The position numbers were made by a program, and so were the translations under genes. The notes under the pieces are model-generated. The model was given only the letters and a program-made list of their open reading frames with translations, was not told the DNA's origin and did no database searches. From the NCBI GenBank assembly GCA_029717555.1, contig JAMDHS010000013.1, forward strand, positions 1 to 64,000: DNA of 64,000 nucleotides. The letters run 5' to 3'. This DNA comes from Peribolospora baueri. Its lineage: Eukaryota. This document shows positions 25,050 through 39,300 of this stretch, in pieces; the stretch's first letter is position 1, and the number at the start of each line of letters is the position of its first letter.

Positions 25050-28000
25050 GGCGGAGTCACGAGGTGGCGCGCGAGGCGGTCGCGGCGTGGATGGAAGGGT
25101 GGGGTCAGAAGCGCGAAGAAGGGAAAAGCGGTGAGAAACGAAGGAGGGAAGGAGAGAGGTACGACGTCGAGCTCCTTCCGAGCGGGGCGAGGCGAGCGGC
25201 TAAGAAGACCGTGTCGAGGGTGGTGAGGGTAATCGTATCTGCGACGGGAGGAAGGAAGCCAGGTGGTCGACGGCCCATCGTGGAAATTGCGGTCGGTGGA
25301 AATGGACAGCGGCGTGCACGTGCGGCCCCTTGTTGGAGGGCAGAGCGGGTTCGGCCGCTCAACTCCGACGCCCTCGTTTCGTCATCGGGCTGCCCCTTAA
25401 AAGGCCGTGTGCTCCGACGGTGAGTGACTGATGAGAGGAGACCGAATGGAGGCAGAGGCCCACATACGTCCCCGTCGGTGACTTGGGGGCGACAGCCGAC
25501 CCTGGTCGCTCAGCACGGTCCAATCCAGTCCAGTCTTTCTATCGGGTCGCAAGAGAGGCTAATCAGTCCGAACTGCACTCCACGGTCAGCGAGAAAGGGC
25601 TACAGACAGGACAGGTAGTTTTTTGGTCGAAGTTGGCTGTGGGTTGTGGGGCGGTGAATCTAATATCCAAATCCAGACGGGGGGACGTGGGCCAGGCAGG
25701 CAGCCAGGCTAGGTTGGGTATTGGCCGAGAAAATACGGAGGGAGCGGAGCTGGTGCGTTTGTCTGGGCGGCCTCGCCCCGAGTGGAGGGCGCGAGTGAAG
25801 TCATTTTACGAGTTCAACTTCGGTTGAGCGAAGCGTTCGGGAGGGAAATACGACGGTAAATGAGGTCAAAAAAAGTTTCCCGAGGACGCGTAAAGAATGA
25901 GGGTGCAGAATGGAAATGGAGTCGGGGTGCAGGACAGGGTTGCATATCATCTTGTGTCCCACGGACGGCTCTTCCCCATCCATCCATTCATCTCCACGGC
26001 CCTTCCTTCTCTCGTACCCCAAATGCTCACACGCACAAACTCGACACCCCGCCCGACGCGTTGGCCAAGCAGCGCCGGTCGGGCGGGCAGCGGGCACGGC
26101 CGAAACGAGACGAGACGAGACAATGCGGCGTCAGGCATCTCAACTCTATCTGGCAGGGGACGAGGCCATGGCAGGAGGAGGTGAAAGGGGAGGAGGAGGT
26201 TGAAGGGGTGAACCCGGCCGGATCCCATGTGATCGATCGTCCTCCATCCGCCTCTTGTCGGTCTTAAACATTCGCAACGAGGCCCGGAGTGCTATCCGCC
26301 TTCCCCCCCCGTCGCTTTTAAGGTCAGTTTCGGGACGAACCCGATGGACTCGAACAGGGCGGTACGGAGACGGGTACGTAGGCCCTCGAGGAGATGCTAA
26401 CACGACGTGGTTGGTGATTCGACGTGGCGGCGTGGATGGGGCGTCGTGACAGGTCAACCTTTTTTCTTTCTTTCTCTACGATGGCTTCCCATCGTGTCCT
26501 TCCTTGCTTCCTTGTTTCCTTGTTTCCTTCCTCCCTTCTCCTGCCAGCGTCACGTCGCGCCGCGCCGCGGCCATGCCAAGGACGTCCGCAGGCTGACGCC
26601 CACTGCTCGCGCAAACGCAGCGTAAACAGGACGGCCGGAACGAGGTAGTCGGTATGAAAGGAATGGACGAGGAGCAGGGTCGTTTAGCCGCTCACAGCGC
26701 TTTTGTCCTGTGGCTGTACGGACGGACGGACGGACAGACGTGCATGCGCACACAGTTGCAGACATAGATTACGTTCCTGTACACGCCTTGTTCTGCACCG
26801 ACGCCGACGAGCGGTTGGCCCGCCGATGGTTGGACGCCAGCGCGGCGCTGGCCAACCAGTCTGTCTTCTGTCCGTTCCCTCCCGTCCCGTCGGGCAAGTG
26901 TGGGTATCTGATTGGGACGGTCGAGCGCCGAGCGCGCAGAAGTGTAGTCCCTGTACGCGCATGTCGATTGCACCGTCGTTGGTCGACGACCTGCAGGAAA
27001 GGAGGGAGGGAGGGAGGACACGCCGGACCGGGTTTCCTGGCCGCCTCAGTTGCGACTCGAGGAGGACGTGGCTCTCTGGAATCCAATCTCGCCACGCCGA
27101 CGGCGGGCTGATTGATAGTCACGCATGGGCCCTCGGAGCCGTCTCCGTCTCGTGTGTCTGTCTCCGTCTCTGTCTCCGTGTCCGTCCTCGTGGTGGTGGT
27201 GAGGTTGTCATCGTCGTGGTCGCCAATCACCCTCGCTCGCACCTTGGTAGGAAGGGCCGAGTAGGGAGCCGTTGGTTGGCCTCTCAAACCATGGCCCGCG
27301 ACGGAAATGAGAAGAAGAGAGCGCGAGTCGCCCTGGCTGGGGCCCGCCGCCGCGCCGCGCTCGGGAGTCGAATCAAAGCTTGCCAATCGCACGCTCGCTC
27401 GCTCCTTTCGTTTTCCAAGCACTCGCACTCTGGCCGGACCGAGCCGAACTGAACCGAGATGAGCCGAGCTTACCTACGTCCGCGTCGCCTCGTGTGGTGC
27501 GGGGTGGCGACGTGCCGAGGGACGGCTGGGCGGTCGGTGTCGTTTGTCTGGTCCTTGCGTCTCCGTCGTCGGTCAGCTGCTCAGAGCACGCCATCTTGCT
27601 CGTTATCCTGTTCTTGTTCTTGTTCTTGCTTTCTCTTTCTTTCTCTTTCTCATTCACATTCGTATTCCTATTTTCCATTCCTCTCTGTTCGGAGCGCTGC
27701 CGATACCGTCGTCCATCTCGACGTCTCTTTGTTTTCCTTTTCTCCGGACCCCTTCCTTCTTGTCGACGTCCCGAGACACACACGACGCACACGCAAAGCC
27801 CGTCCGCAATCGGCTCGCCCGCCTGTCGTCGTCGGCGCTTCCTTTCTCGGCTCCCGACGTTTCCCTTCCTCCTTCCATCACCGCGCTGGCTTGTCGTTCC
27901 TAACGGCGACTCACCGCGCGGCAATCTTCCATCCCTTTCCGCCATCGGCAACCAACAGCCGCGGAGACAGACAGACAGACAAACGTCCAAACCAGGTCAT

Positions 28001-28754
28001 CCTCATCCCTCCATCCATCCATCCCATCGGGCCTCCTCCGTACCCTGACTGCCGCCGACGTCGAGCGTGAGACATGAGTCCAGTGGCAGATTGACCTCGA
28101 GATGAGCCTGACCTGACGTGACCGTGCGCAGTGACGCTGAGATGCGCCGGCCCTCGACTCGCCGTCATCATCCATCCATCCATCCATCCGTCAGTCGCTC
28201 ACAAATGTAGAAATGCCGAGGAGATGAGCGTCCGGCCGGGGAGAATTTTATGAAATAATAAGAAATTTCGCATATAAGATCGGGTTGTTCCGTTCCATCT
28301 TTGCCCGCGCCCGCCTACTTCTCTTTTCTTTTCCCCCTCCCTGATCCTTGACAGCCGCCCCCGGCGCTCGTCCTCCTGTCTTGTCCTCTCGCCATCATCA
28401 TCACCCCATCCCATCCAAGGCCGATCGATCGTTCGCCACCACCACCTCCCTTCTTCTTCTTCTTCTTCTTCTCGCTTTTCTCGCCGCCTCGATTGTCCAT
28501 CTGCGTCGCCATCGACACGTCTTCGTCGCACTGGACGAAGGACTGACTCGCCATCGTCGAGTAGAGTACCTCGCATCGCAACGCATCGCATCGCATCGCA
28601 TCGCCACTCGTCGCATCATCGCCTCTCATCGCAATCGACTCTTTTCCGTCTTTCCATCTTCCATCCGTCCAACCGATCCTTCCTCTCCCCTTCGCATCGC
28701 ATCGCCCGCCCGCCCTCCTCGCCCTCGTCAAGAGCCAGTCCTGCCCCGGTCACC

Positions 28755-30570
28755 ATGGGTCAACAGGTCCAGTCGTCCACACGCACCGCCTCCCCTTCGC
28801 CCACCGCCGGCGGCGGCGGCGGCGACAAACGAGAACAAGAACAAGGACGCCGCGAGACGGTGGCGCGTCAGCAGAACGAAGAAGCGGCGCCGCTGGATCC
28901 GTCGCCGTCGTCGTACTCGTCGTTGTCGTCGTCCACCACCTCGTCGGCCACATTGGCCGAAGCGCGGGAAAAGCTGGAGCGGGAGCAGCTGGCCATCGCC
29001 GTCGCACGCCAGCGTCTGGCGTTTCTGGAGGAGCGTCAGCGTGAACGACACCGGGGAGCTTCTCCTTCTTCTTCCTCTCCGTCTTCTTCTCCGTGCGGCC
29101 GCGTTCGAGCTCGTCCAAGTCAGCTGAGTCTGACTACGACGTTTTCCGAGCCGACGTCGGCTCTTTCCGAGGTGAAAGACGAGGAAGAGCAAGGCATGGC
29201 ACAGACGACGTCGACCGAGGAGGACCACGCTGTTGTCAGACCGGAGCCGCGGCAGCGTTGCGATCCGCCACCGTCGCTGGGGCCTTCAAGCTTGGACCCA
29301 TCCTTGGGTGGCGTGAGACCGAGGGCGGCTGGGATGGCCATTGGAGCCGAACGCGCCCACCACGACGACGGCCGCGTCCCTCTCCGTTGCCTCCCCTCTG
29401 CAGTCCCGTTTGGGTTTGACGGCGACGACAACGACGAGGACGACGTGGTCGAGTTTGTCCTATCCACCTTGCAGCAACAGCGCCACCATGGCCCGCTCGA
29501 AGTCGTCGATCCGAACGACGGACCGCGGACGACGGTGGACGCGGACGCGGCGCGTAAATGGCCGGCATCTGATCCGGTCGTCGGAAGCAGGCGATCGGAT
29601 CGGCTTGCCTGCGTCGGCACTGGCTGCCATCACCACGTGGCGCGTGGCGCGGTGCCGCAGTCGATGGGGTGGGAGGATGAGGATGCGGGTGTGCGAGGGC
29701 GGGTGCAAGGGCCGGCGACGAGGTATGAGCGGGAGGAAAAGGGGGAGCATGAGCATGAGCACCGGTACCACCTCGACGACGGCGGAGGAGGGGGAGCAGG
29801 CGGATACGAAGGCGAAGGCGAAGGCAAGGGCGAAGACAAGGACAAGGACAAGGACAAGGACAAGGACAAGGACAAGGACAACGATGGAGACGGAAACGGA
29901 GACGGAGGCGGACACGAAGAACACCATCCGAGCGTTGGCAAGATGAGGGAGGGGGGAAATGGAGCGGAAGCAACGCACGGACAGGCCGGATGGTACGAGC
30001 GCCTCACACGAGGAAGGGACAGGCACGGCGATTGCGATGGCGATGGTGGTCGTGGTCGTCGTTCTTGCACGCCGTCAATCCTCGTTCACTCAAGGTCGCG
30101 GTCGCGGTCACCGTCGCGGTCGCAATCATCGTTGCATCGCCCCGATGGCGACCACATCGTCGGGTCGCATCGCCGCCATGATCGTCCCCTTCGCCATCTT
30201 CAGGGGCGCACGACGGAACATGGGCTCGAGTCAGGCGCATTGCTCGCACACGCACACGCTCATGCTCATCGCGACAAGCTTCCTTCTTGCGCCGATCGCG
30301 ATCGCAATCCTCCTAACCCTGTCTTGCTCCCTCACCCTTTCTCTTTCTCTTTCCCGTTCGCTCTCCCCATCCCGACGCCCCTCCACCCGGCCCACCGCCG
30401 TGCCGCTCATCTTCACCCCTCGCATACGCGCTCGCTCCCACCTGCCGCCCTCGGATCGTCCCCGTCTCCTTCCCCGTTCGTGGACGGCGGAGGCGGAGGC
30501 GGAAGCGAAGGGGCCGCCGGAGGAGGATTCCATCTACGCAAGAATATGAACATCAACCCTTCCCTCCTCC

Positions 30571-30612
<42 letters not shown>

Positions 30613-33600
30613 TGTCGTGTGCACCGCCCCACCTCGCCTCCGCTCCACGCCTCGTCCACCGTCATCCTCCTCCTCACCACCACCAACCTTCCTTGGCTTT
30701 TTCGCAATCGCCGCCCGCCCAACGTCCACCCCCCCCGCCGCCGTCGTTGTTGTCGTCGTCGTCGTCGTCGTTCAGTCAGCTCACGCTGCCGCACGACCGG
30801 CACATCGGAGGTGGCCTCGACGCCTTGGCCGCTTCGATGAGAGGCTCTCCTCTTTACGCCTCTTCGCCCTCCTCCCGCTCCTCTTCCTCCTCCACGCCCT
30901 CCCCCGCCGTCGTCCAGCAGCAGCAGCAGCAGCACCTCCAATACCACCACCACCAGCTCACCCCGCAGACCGCCTCGTCGCCCGCCACCCTCGGCGCCGT
31001 TCCTCCGTCTTTTCCTTTCCTCCCTCGTCCCAGCCTCATGCACGGCTCCTTGCCCGGCCCAGGCCCGGATCCCGCCGCTCTCGACCCCCATCCCGCGCTC
31101 AATGCCGCCTTGCAGCAGCAGCAGCAGCAGCAGCACCAGCACCAGCACCAGCACCAACACCAGCAGCAACGCCGCGCCACCCTCCCCCGCCGCTTCTCCG
31201 TTGGTAGCGCCACCGCCCATCTCGCCGCCAGGTCCAGGTCCATGTCCAACGCCACCCGCTTTCCCGCACCCGTCCAACCGCCCATGCCCAGGCTCCCTCT
31301 TGTCTCCCACATGCCCCCCTTGCCCAACCACCTCGCCGCACCTACGCCCGCCCCATCCGCTTCCGTGCCCGCACAGGATATCGTCGGCGCTGGCGCCACC
31401 GTGGCCAATGGCACGACGCCCAGGAGGGGACACAAGACCAAGGTGGTGTTTGATCTGGTGAGTCGAGTCGAGCTAGTCCACGACGGCCGGATCGTCCTTT
31501 GTCGCCCATCGTTTGCTAACCTTTTTCGTCCTCCTCCGCGCAGCATGTCCAACACCTCTGCTTCTTCCAACAACCGCCCCCTCGAGACCTCAAAGATGGC
31601 CCCTCGGTAGGCCAGCGCGAGCGCGTGGCCCTGCTCTGGCAAGCGGCGCCGGATCGCGGCTCGCTCAAATTCCGCTTCCGCCTCCGCAACGAGGCGAGTC
31701 TGTGCGTGCTTATGGACGACGGAAAGCATGAGCTCGTTGTGCCCCTCGATGGTATCCTCGCCTTTCGCATGCTCGATCGCTTTCCCGACCAGGGCGGTTC
31801 GTCAGCTTCGGACGCCGGCGATGGAGAAGAAACATCTCACTCAAACTCCAACTCGGACTCGGACGGCGACGGCGGCGCCACCTTAAAGTTGAACGACGGC
31901 GAGACGTGGGAGCAGTTCGGACGCAGGCTTGAGAACGGCCGGCTCCAACTCGAGATTGTCCTCAAAGACGGCTGTCGGAAAGAGTTCCGCAAACGCGAGC
32001 CCAACCGCTACGTTCACCTCGGAAACTCGGCCGCCGCCTCCCACCCTCTTGCTCAGCCGACGCACGACGGCCCCATCAGCCGACCGTCTCCTTACCGTCA
32101 GTTGTCGCCCAGCGCCTTCAGAGGCACCGCCTTGCCGTCCGAAGACGACGTCGTCCACTCTACTCGTAACGCGCCCGCGCCCTCTGCCGTCGTCGGCTCG
32201 AGCGTCATAGGCGTCCATCCCGCCGCACCCACCGCGAGCGTCTGGCCTCACTCTGGCCCAGCGGCGGTCGCCTTTGGCTCCTCTCCCGTCGGACTCGCTT
32301 CCTTCGGTGGCGACTTTACCGGTGGCGCTGCCGACCTTACCAACGTCGTCATGCTCACCGTCCACCACACCGTCACCAAGGAGCTCACGACCGCCATGGC
32401 CAGCATGGTCGTACGGGCGCTCAAGGAGAGGGATGGTCAGCCGACGGGTGTTGTTGCCGGTACTGCTGCTGCCGCCACCGCCAATGGCAACAACGGTGTG
32501 CCGCGGCCTGCGACACTCGCCTGTCCCACCGCTCCCAGCCCGGAGGACTTGGAGCGCCAAGTCGTCTTTGTGAAGCGCGGACTCGACGCCGATGACGTCT
32601 TCTTGCCGTACCACGTCGAGAATGGCGGCGACGAGACGGTACAGCAGAACGGCCCGCCTTCGACGGCGATACCCGAGGAGACGACCGCCAGGCCGAGCGA
32701 TGGGCCCTCCCCCTCTCCTGATCATGTTCATGACCCTGGATCGCACGACCGGCAGCAACAGACCTATTCCCGTCTCGTGCGTCAGCCCCTCGGCCCTCCC
32801 TCCGACGGCGCCGAAGGATTCCAGCGTAGGCGCCCCGCTCCCCCGGCAAAGTCCTCTCCCGCATCTGTCTTTGCGACGCTCGACTTTGACGATTTCATCG
32901 TCGATTGGCGCGCCTTGCCCAACCATGCCGAAAAATCCGTCTCGACTTCCACCCTGTCCTCGTCCTTGCCGTCGTCGTCGGCCGCTTTGGCTTCTGCAAA
33001 GGCTCAAGAGACTGTCAAGGCGCCCGTGCGCTCCTCGACCGATGCCTCCTCCGATGCGGCGCTCTCAGCTCGACCGGCCGGCCGCGCTTCGACGGACTCC
33101 AACTCGTCCGGCTCGTCTGACTCTTCCCTCGGCACCTCTTCCTTCCCCTCCACGCCCGTCTTCCCTCCCGCCAACCACTACGCCGTGGCCCCGGCGCCGT
33201 CGAGCACGCGCGACCTCCGAGCTCGGGCGCTCTCCATCTCCGCTTCCAAGTCGGCTGGAAAAGCTCCAGCTCAGCCCCTTAGCTATTGGCCACCCTCTGG
33301 CAACGGCAATGCCGTCGCCGTCGGCCGGTCGCCGTTCGTCGGGCCACCCGGACCGCCCCTCTGTACTGCCGCCGCCACCACCACCACCACCACCGGACCG
33401 GCCTTTGCCCCCTCCGTCTCTAGCGGCATGACGGATGGATCGGACAGCCGACGGTCCTCGCTCTCTTCGCCCTTTACCCCTTCGCCTCTGAGCGCCACGC
33501 CCTCCTCGTGGACCTTTTCCCCTCCCCTCCCTTTCGGACCTCCCGCTGTCCCAGGCGGCGCCGCCGGTGCCGGTACGGGAAAGCCGCGCGCCATGTCCGT

Positions 33601-34465
33601 GTCCAGCGGCGCGCTCTCCGGCGGTCCGGCGTCGTGGAGTGGACGCGCGAGCGAGAGCGTCGCGTTCCGAAGGTTCACTTCCTTCTCACCGTCCGACGTC
33701 CCTCCGGCAAACCACTACAACAACGCCGTCCAAAGCCGTCCGTGGGATCGCTTGGAGCGGGACCTCAAGGCCGCGTCGAGGCGTCTCCTCAGTCTGTGCG
33801 ACGATGGTGATGGCGACGACCGCCACCACGCCGACGACGCCGTGCCGCCCTCACGACGCCAATCCCAGGTAAACGATGGTGTCGATCCGAGCCGTTTCGC
33901 CCTGCCTTTCCGCTCCTCTTCGCGCCCCATACCCGCCCGTCTCTGCGGTGTCCGGTCATCCTCCATCAACGCCCGCGCCGACACGGATCGCGACGCCGTG
34001 CCGGCTCCGTTGGATCTCGAAGTCGACGACGCTCAATTCAACCCCTTCTTCGTCCACCCGCCGACGAAGCGCCATCATCATCATCACCCTTCCCACCAGC
34101 GCGACGGCGCCTTTGCCTCCGACGGCCTCGGGTCGTCCGCGGCGGCGGACAGGCCTCGCCGTTCTAGCTCGCCTTTCCTGCCGCCCGACTTGTCCGGCCT
34201 GCCCGCGTCCTCGTCGTCGCCCGAGTCGACGCTTCTTGGCGTGAGCGCAGGCAACAGCAGCAGCAACGGCTGGGAGGGACGTTCGAACGACCAGTCGCCG
34301 CCTTGTCTCCCGTCCGGCTTGGTCGGACAAACGAGTTTGTTCGATACCGCTGCTGGCCGTCACCACCACCGCCACTGGACCAAGTTCGATCCCGCGGGCA
34401 TCGTCTGGAACCCTTTCCCCGGCCCGGTCGACGCCGCGATCGCCGAGCCCGGCCCTTATTTCTGA
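28755..34465 (+). CDS. Uncharacterised low-complexity protein, about 1,874 aa; one intron 31458-31543 joins the 951-aa and 946-aa ORFs
   Basis: CTG|GTGAGT...gctaac...CGCAG|CAT gives in-frame KVVFDL|HVQHLCFFQQ...VALLWQ. The ATG is in a caccATGg context. Poly-Q/H/S and KD repeats flank one globular-looking segment. Confidence 0.65.
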
Positions 34466-34811
34466 TACGATACTCAGACATGACTTACTACCGGTGCGCC
34501 TCGTTAGACCGCGATCGGTCGCTGCCATCAAGGAATGTCGCACCGGAGAAGCTCCGTCCGTCGCCTTGCCAAGCAAGTTCGTCGATCCCAACCTTAACAT
34601 TCCAAGCACGATCCCGCACGACATACCGTACCGGCTCCGACCATGATCGTCGCAACCATGCTCGCATACCACTAGAGTCCTCCTTCTCGTCCTCTTCTTC
34701 CTGCCTCCTCCATCCATCCAAATCAGCGGCAGGATCCCGCCCATGTCTTATCATCTACCCTCTCTCGACCCACGATCGGTCCCCGGCGCGCTCGTCGTCT
34801 GTTTCGTCTGT

Positions 34812-34873
34812 CTCGTCTCGTCCCGTCTCGTCCCGTCTCGTCCCGTCTCGTCCCGTCTCGTCCCGTCTCGTCC
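34812..34873. repeat. (TCCCGTCTCG)~5 tandem repeat
   Basis: Read directly. Confidence 0.85.
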
Positions 34874-35057
34874 CATCCCACTCTCACTTCCTCGCATCGT
34901 CATCCTTTCTGTTCGACCATCGCTCTCCGTCCTCTGTCTGCCTGTCTGTCTCATCCATCCATCCGTCCTCCCGTCCTCCTGTCAGGTCTAGCCTGTGCTC
35001 CCGTTTATCCATGTCGGCATTCCCATCCCGGTCTTTCTCCCATCTTGACCCTGCTCC

Positions 35058-35160
35058 GTCTCGTTCTCGTTCTCGTTCGCGTTCTCGTTCTCGTCTCGTC
35101 TCGTCTCGTTCTCGTCTCGTCTCGTCTCGTCTCGTCTCGTCTCGTCTCGTCTCGTTCTCG
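35058..35160. repeat. Compound (TCTCGT)n/(TCGTC)n microsatellite
   Basis: Read directly. Confidence 0.85.
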
Positions 35161-36353
35161 GCTCGGCTCACCCACCGCGTCTGTACCGTCTGTAGCACTC
35201 GCTCGTGTCTCTCTCTGTCTGTCTTGCCTCCTCATCTTCGAATTCCCATCCGGTTTCATTTTTTTTGTTTTCTTTTCACCTCCGGACCGCCGATCGATGC
35301 CGCCCTCCCGTCCGTATGCCGTTCATGTGGAAACGCCTTGGCGTGTACACTCTTCTTTCGTCTCTCTCGCCTCCTTAGCTTTCCTCCTCCGTCCGTTCGT
35401 CCGTATGTCCACCGACCTCTCCTTCGCTGGAATGCAACGCGGATCGGATACGCTCCTCCTTCCTTCCTTCCGCTTCCCATTCGTTCACGTTACGAGCGAC
35501 AGATCGGTCCACACACGCGCGCGTACATACGTGTATACATCGTCGGCTCGAGAGGGCATACGTGTCGTATCCCGTTCCAAACGGTTGAACGACGGGACGG
35601 ACGTGAAGACCACTTACTCATTCATTCCTTCACTCACGGACACACGGACGAACAGACGAACGGACGGTGTTGAGGCCACCGTCGCCGGCCCTGTTTCGCG
35701 ATTACGTCGCTCTTTTCATGGGCGGCAAGAGACACGCACGCACGCACGCACGAATCGATAGATGGATGGATAAACCAAGATAGTCCCACTTTGCCCTCTT
35801 CCACGTCCCGCTTCCCCCCACGCCGTCTTACCCCGTGACGGTGACAGGACAGGACGGCTGATCGTGCTAGCATCGACTGATGTCTCTTTTCCGCGGTTTG
35901 CCAAGCCGCATTGGCCGGGATAACCTCCCCCCGTCTCCCCCCTCCCCCAGCACAAGTTTAGCGTAACGTGGAAGCGTGAGATGCGAAGAAAGAGGGAAAA
36001 ATAGAAGGACGGACGGACGGACAGGTCGTGGAGGAAGCGAAGCGAGCGAGGCGATGGGAAAAGCGATCGATCGATCGATCGGACGTTTGGGATCGTACGT
36101 GAGCGGTTGGAACACGAAGGGACGCGTTAAAAGGGAACGTAGCAAGACGTGGGAGGAAAATTGACTAAGTAAAATGAAAAAAAGGTACGGCACGGGGCTG
36201 AATTGCGTGCATGCGATGTGGCGATGTGGATGTGCCGGGATGAGATATATGTGTGTGAGCGAGCGAGCGAGCGGGAGCTTCGACCTTGGAGAAAAATAAA
36301 CTTGGGCAAGACGACGTGCTTCTATGCGAACTGTAGGCGAGCGACGAGCGGTG

Positions 36354-39300
36354 CTATGCCGTCGACGGCGTCTCGTCCGTCCACTCGTTCGCTTTCGCTT
36401 TGGCCAGAGCGCCTACGCTCTTCTTCGCAAGCGCGCCTCCGAAGCCGTCGGCGGCGATCACGCCCAATGCCTCCTCCTCCTCCTCCTCCTCCTCCTCCTC
36501 CTCCTCTTCCTCTCCTCGCTCCCCATCTTCGACGGCCTCGGCATCCGAGCCGTCGAAGCCGTGCGTGCTCGGAGGACTTGAAACGAGGCTCGACTTGGCC
36601 GTACCAGAGGCGCTCGGCGCTGTTGTCGTCGCGGACGCCGAAGCGGAGATGGATACGGAGCCCGCCGCGTCGTCCGGCGGCAATGTCGTGGCCGCCGTGC
36701 AAGGCGACGACGCCTCAGCGTCCTCTGGGGCACCGAAATGGCCGCCACCAGCGGTACTCGCCTCGGCCCGCGGACTGGCGCCGCTGCCGTGCGAGTCGCG
36801 CCCGGCCCGGACCTCATCCGAGCTGGCGGCGGCCGCTGCACTGCCATCCGCCGCGGCCGTGCTCGCCATCATCGGCAAGACCCATTGCTCCCATCCGTAC
36901 CGACGACGTACCCGATCGCTCTCCCAATCCACCTCCAGCGCTGAGCTATACGTCATGGTCTCCTTCACCACTCCCTCGTCCAACGTGAGCTCCCGAACGC
37001 GATTGAAAGAGGCGATCACCGAGACCGGCACGAATCCTTCCGAGTCCATCTGCAGAGTCGACGAAGAAACACGCGTGGTCAGCGAAAAGGACGCACCGGC
37101 GACCATGAACGAAGCCGAGACGACCGACGTAAAGACGAAAAATCACCTTCTTGCGCAAAAACGCGTCCTTGCACAAGTTCTCCACCGAGAAGTAAAACTC
37201 AATTTGCACAAGCAGCGCGTACCGCACCGGGTCGATCCAGCCGACGTAAGCGGGCGAGGCAAGGTAAGGCGCCTGCGCTTGGCCGCGAGCGGTGAACTGG
37301 CCGTTCTGATATGGTAGTTGAGCATGGGAGGTGGCCACCGCCATGTAGCCCTGCGGGTGCTCTGCGTGAACGAGTTGAGGAGCCCACTGATAGAGAAGAG
37401 GCGCTTGGCCATCGTATGACGGGCCAACGGGGTACGACTGGGCCGCCGACGACGGAGGCGAGGAGGCGTACAGGTTTTGCGCCCGCCTCGAGCCGGGCGT
37501 CCGTTGATGATGTTGTCGGCCATCGGAGCCTTCAGCGTTCGAGTCTGGCAATTGCCTAGTCGGCGAGTTTCCTTTCGACTGCGACCCTGCTGCTGCTCCA
37601 GTTGCTGCCGCCGCCACTGACCGTCGACGATATGGACTGCTGCTGGTGATACCAGCATACGTCCGCGGGTCGATGGAGACCGCCGGTCCATTCGGCTGCA
37701 CGTAATACGCCCAATAGGCGTCGCGAGGGGCGTGGAAGCCGCCACGAGCGCCTCCCCGCCCGCGTCCCCTGCCCCGTCCCTCTCCGCACAGGCCTCGTAT
37801 GGTGCCACGACCAAACGCTCGGCTTTCGCTCGCGCTGCGTTGTCTCTCGCCGACAGCCTCGGCCTTGGCGTGCTTCGGAGACGAATGCGGATGATGATCG
37901 AGTGTCCGGTGCGTTGGCGCGAGTCCGGAGGCCTGCTGGGCGACGGCGCGGACGGCCTCCTCGGTCACCGACATCATGCCGAGCGCGCCGCCGATGGAAG
38001 CGGGACATGCCTGTTCGGCGACTGTAGCATTCGTCACGCCGAGGCTGCCGGCCGTCGATGAGTTGTCATGTATGGATGCCAGGGTGGTAGATGGTGCGAT
38101 TCGACCGTCGGCCGACACGTCCTCCTCCTCGTCTCGATCTCGCTCCTTGCCCTTTTCTCTCTCTCTCTTTGTCGCGTTCTCCGGACCGACACCTTCCTCG
38201 ACACCCGACTCCGTAGGTGCGGACGACAGGCGATGATAGATGGGCGCCCTGCTGCCGCTGGCCAAAGCCGGGCCCTGGCCGCCGTTGAGCATGTTGATGC
38301 GCGCGAGCCACGCGCCATCGTACTCGTCGCCGTAATCATGGAGCGTGTACCCGTCCTGGCGCGTTGTGTGGTGGCTAGCTTCCAAGCTCCGGTAGGCCAT
38401 CACCGGGCTCAACGGGAGAGACCGAGAGTGCCGCGGCGGCGAGAATGCAACCGGATCGGAATCGATTCCGTCGGGAAAATCGTCGTGAGACCGAGCACCG
38501 TCGAGGGCGCTGCGCGGGCTGGGAGATGAAGAGGACGTGGCCGGGTGGAAGGCCGGACTGGCGCCGTTGAGCATGCCCGTGGCGCCAGTATGAGGAGAGC
38601 TGACGACGGAAGAAGCGGATGAAGAGCGTGTCCCTGTGACTTTTGACCAGGCCGACGGTGGCGGAGCTGAGTCGGAGGAGGGGCGAGTGTATGCGCCTGA
38701 AGTCACGTCCATGCGGGTCTTGCTCCTCAATGGAGAGGTGGAATCATTCCTGCTGCTGGCGCTGCTTGCGCTGCTGCTGCTGCCAGCCTCCTTGTCGGCG
38801 CTGCCCTTGCGCCAAGGCTCCGGATGGGATGGAGACCGTTCTGGCGGCTGATCCGAACGTGACAAGTCCGTGCTCGTGCTCGTCCCTCGCCCCCGCCGCC
38901 GCCTCGTCTTGCCTGAGGGAGCGGACTCTTTCCCGCAGCCCTGGCCGGGCGCCGCTCCGGGCTTTTTCCTAGCCAGCGTCGAACTGGCGGCTGACGACTC
39001 GTTCGCGCCGTCCGTCCTTTTCCCGTCGCCTCCTCTGCCAGTGCCGCCGACCACGGTCTTGCTCGTCCCTGGCGACGTGTCAGGAGACACAGGGGAGCGC
39101 GCCTTCTCCGCCTTCTTTCGCGCCTCCTTTCGCTCCTGTTCCACGGCAGCGAGCCGTTTGGCCTCCTCCTCCATCGCCTCTCTTCGTGCCGCCCACACAT
39201 TGACAGCTGGCGGGGGAGCGGGCGTTTTGTTCTTGACCGGCCGCTGCTGCTGCTCATCGTCCGTGCCCGTGGTCGCCTTGGTCCGTTCGCCGTTCGGCGT

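Noticed and set aside
28100..28150. CTGAGA / CCTGA words reminiscent of a TPP riboswitch
   Set aside because: Order and spacing are wrong, the GATAATxCCAGCG element is absent, and there is no thiamine gene nearby.
25100..28700. ORFs of 200-260 aa in the long intergenic region
   Set aside because: Composed of microsatellite-like sequence without codon bias or recognisable domains.
34300..35760. 456-aa ORF 34303-35673 and repeat arrays as a gene or CRISPR-like array
   Set aside because: The ORF is kept open by stop-free (TCGTC)n repeats; there are no unique spacers and the context is eukaryotic.
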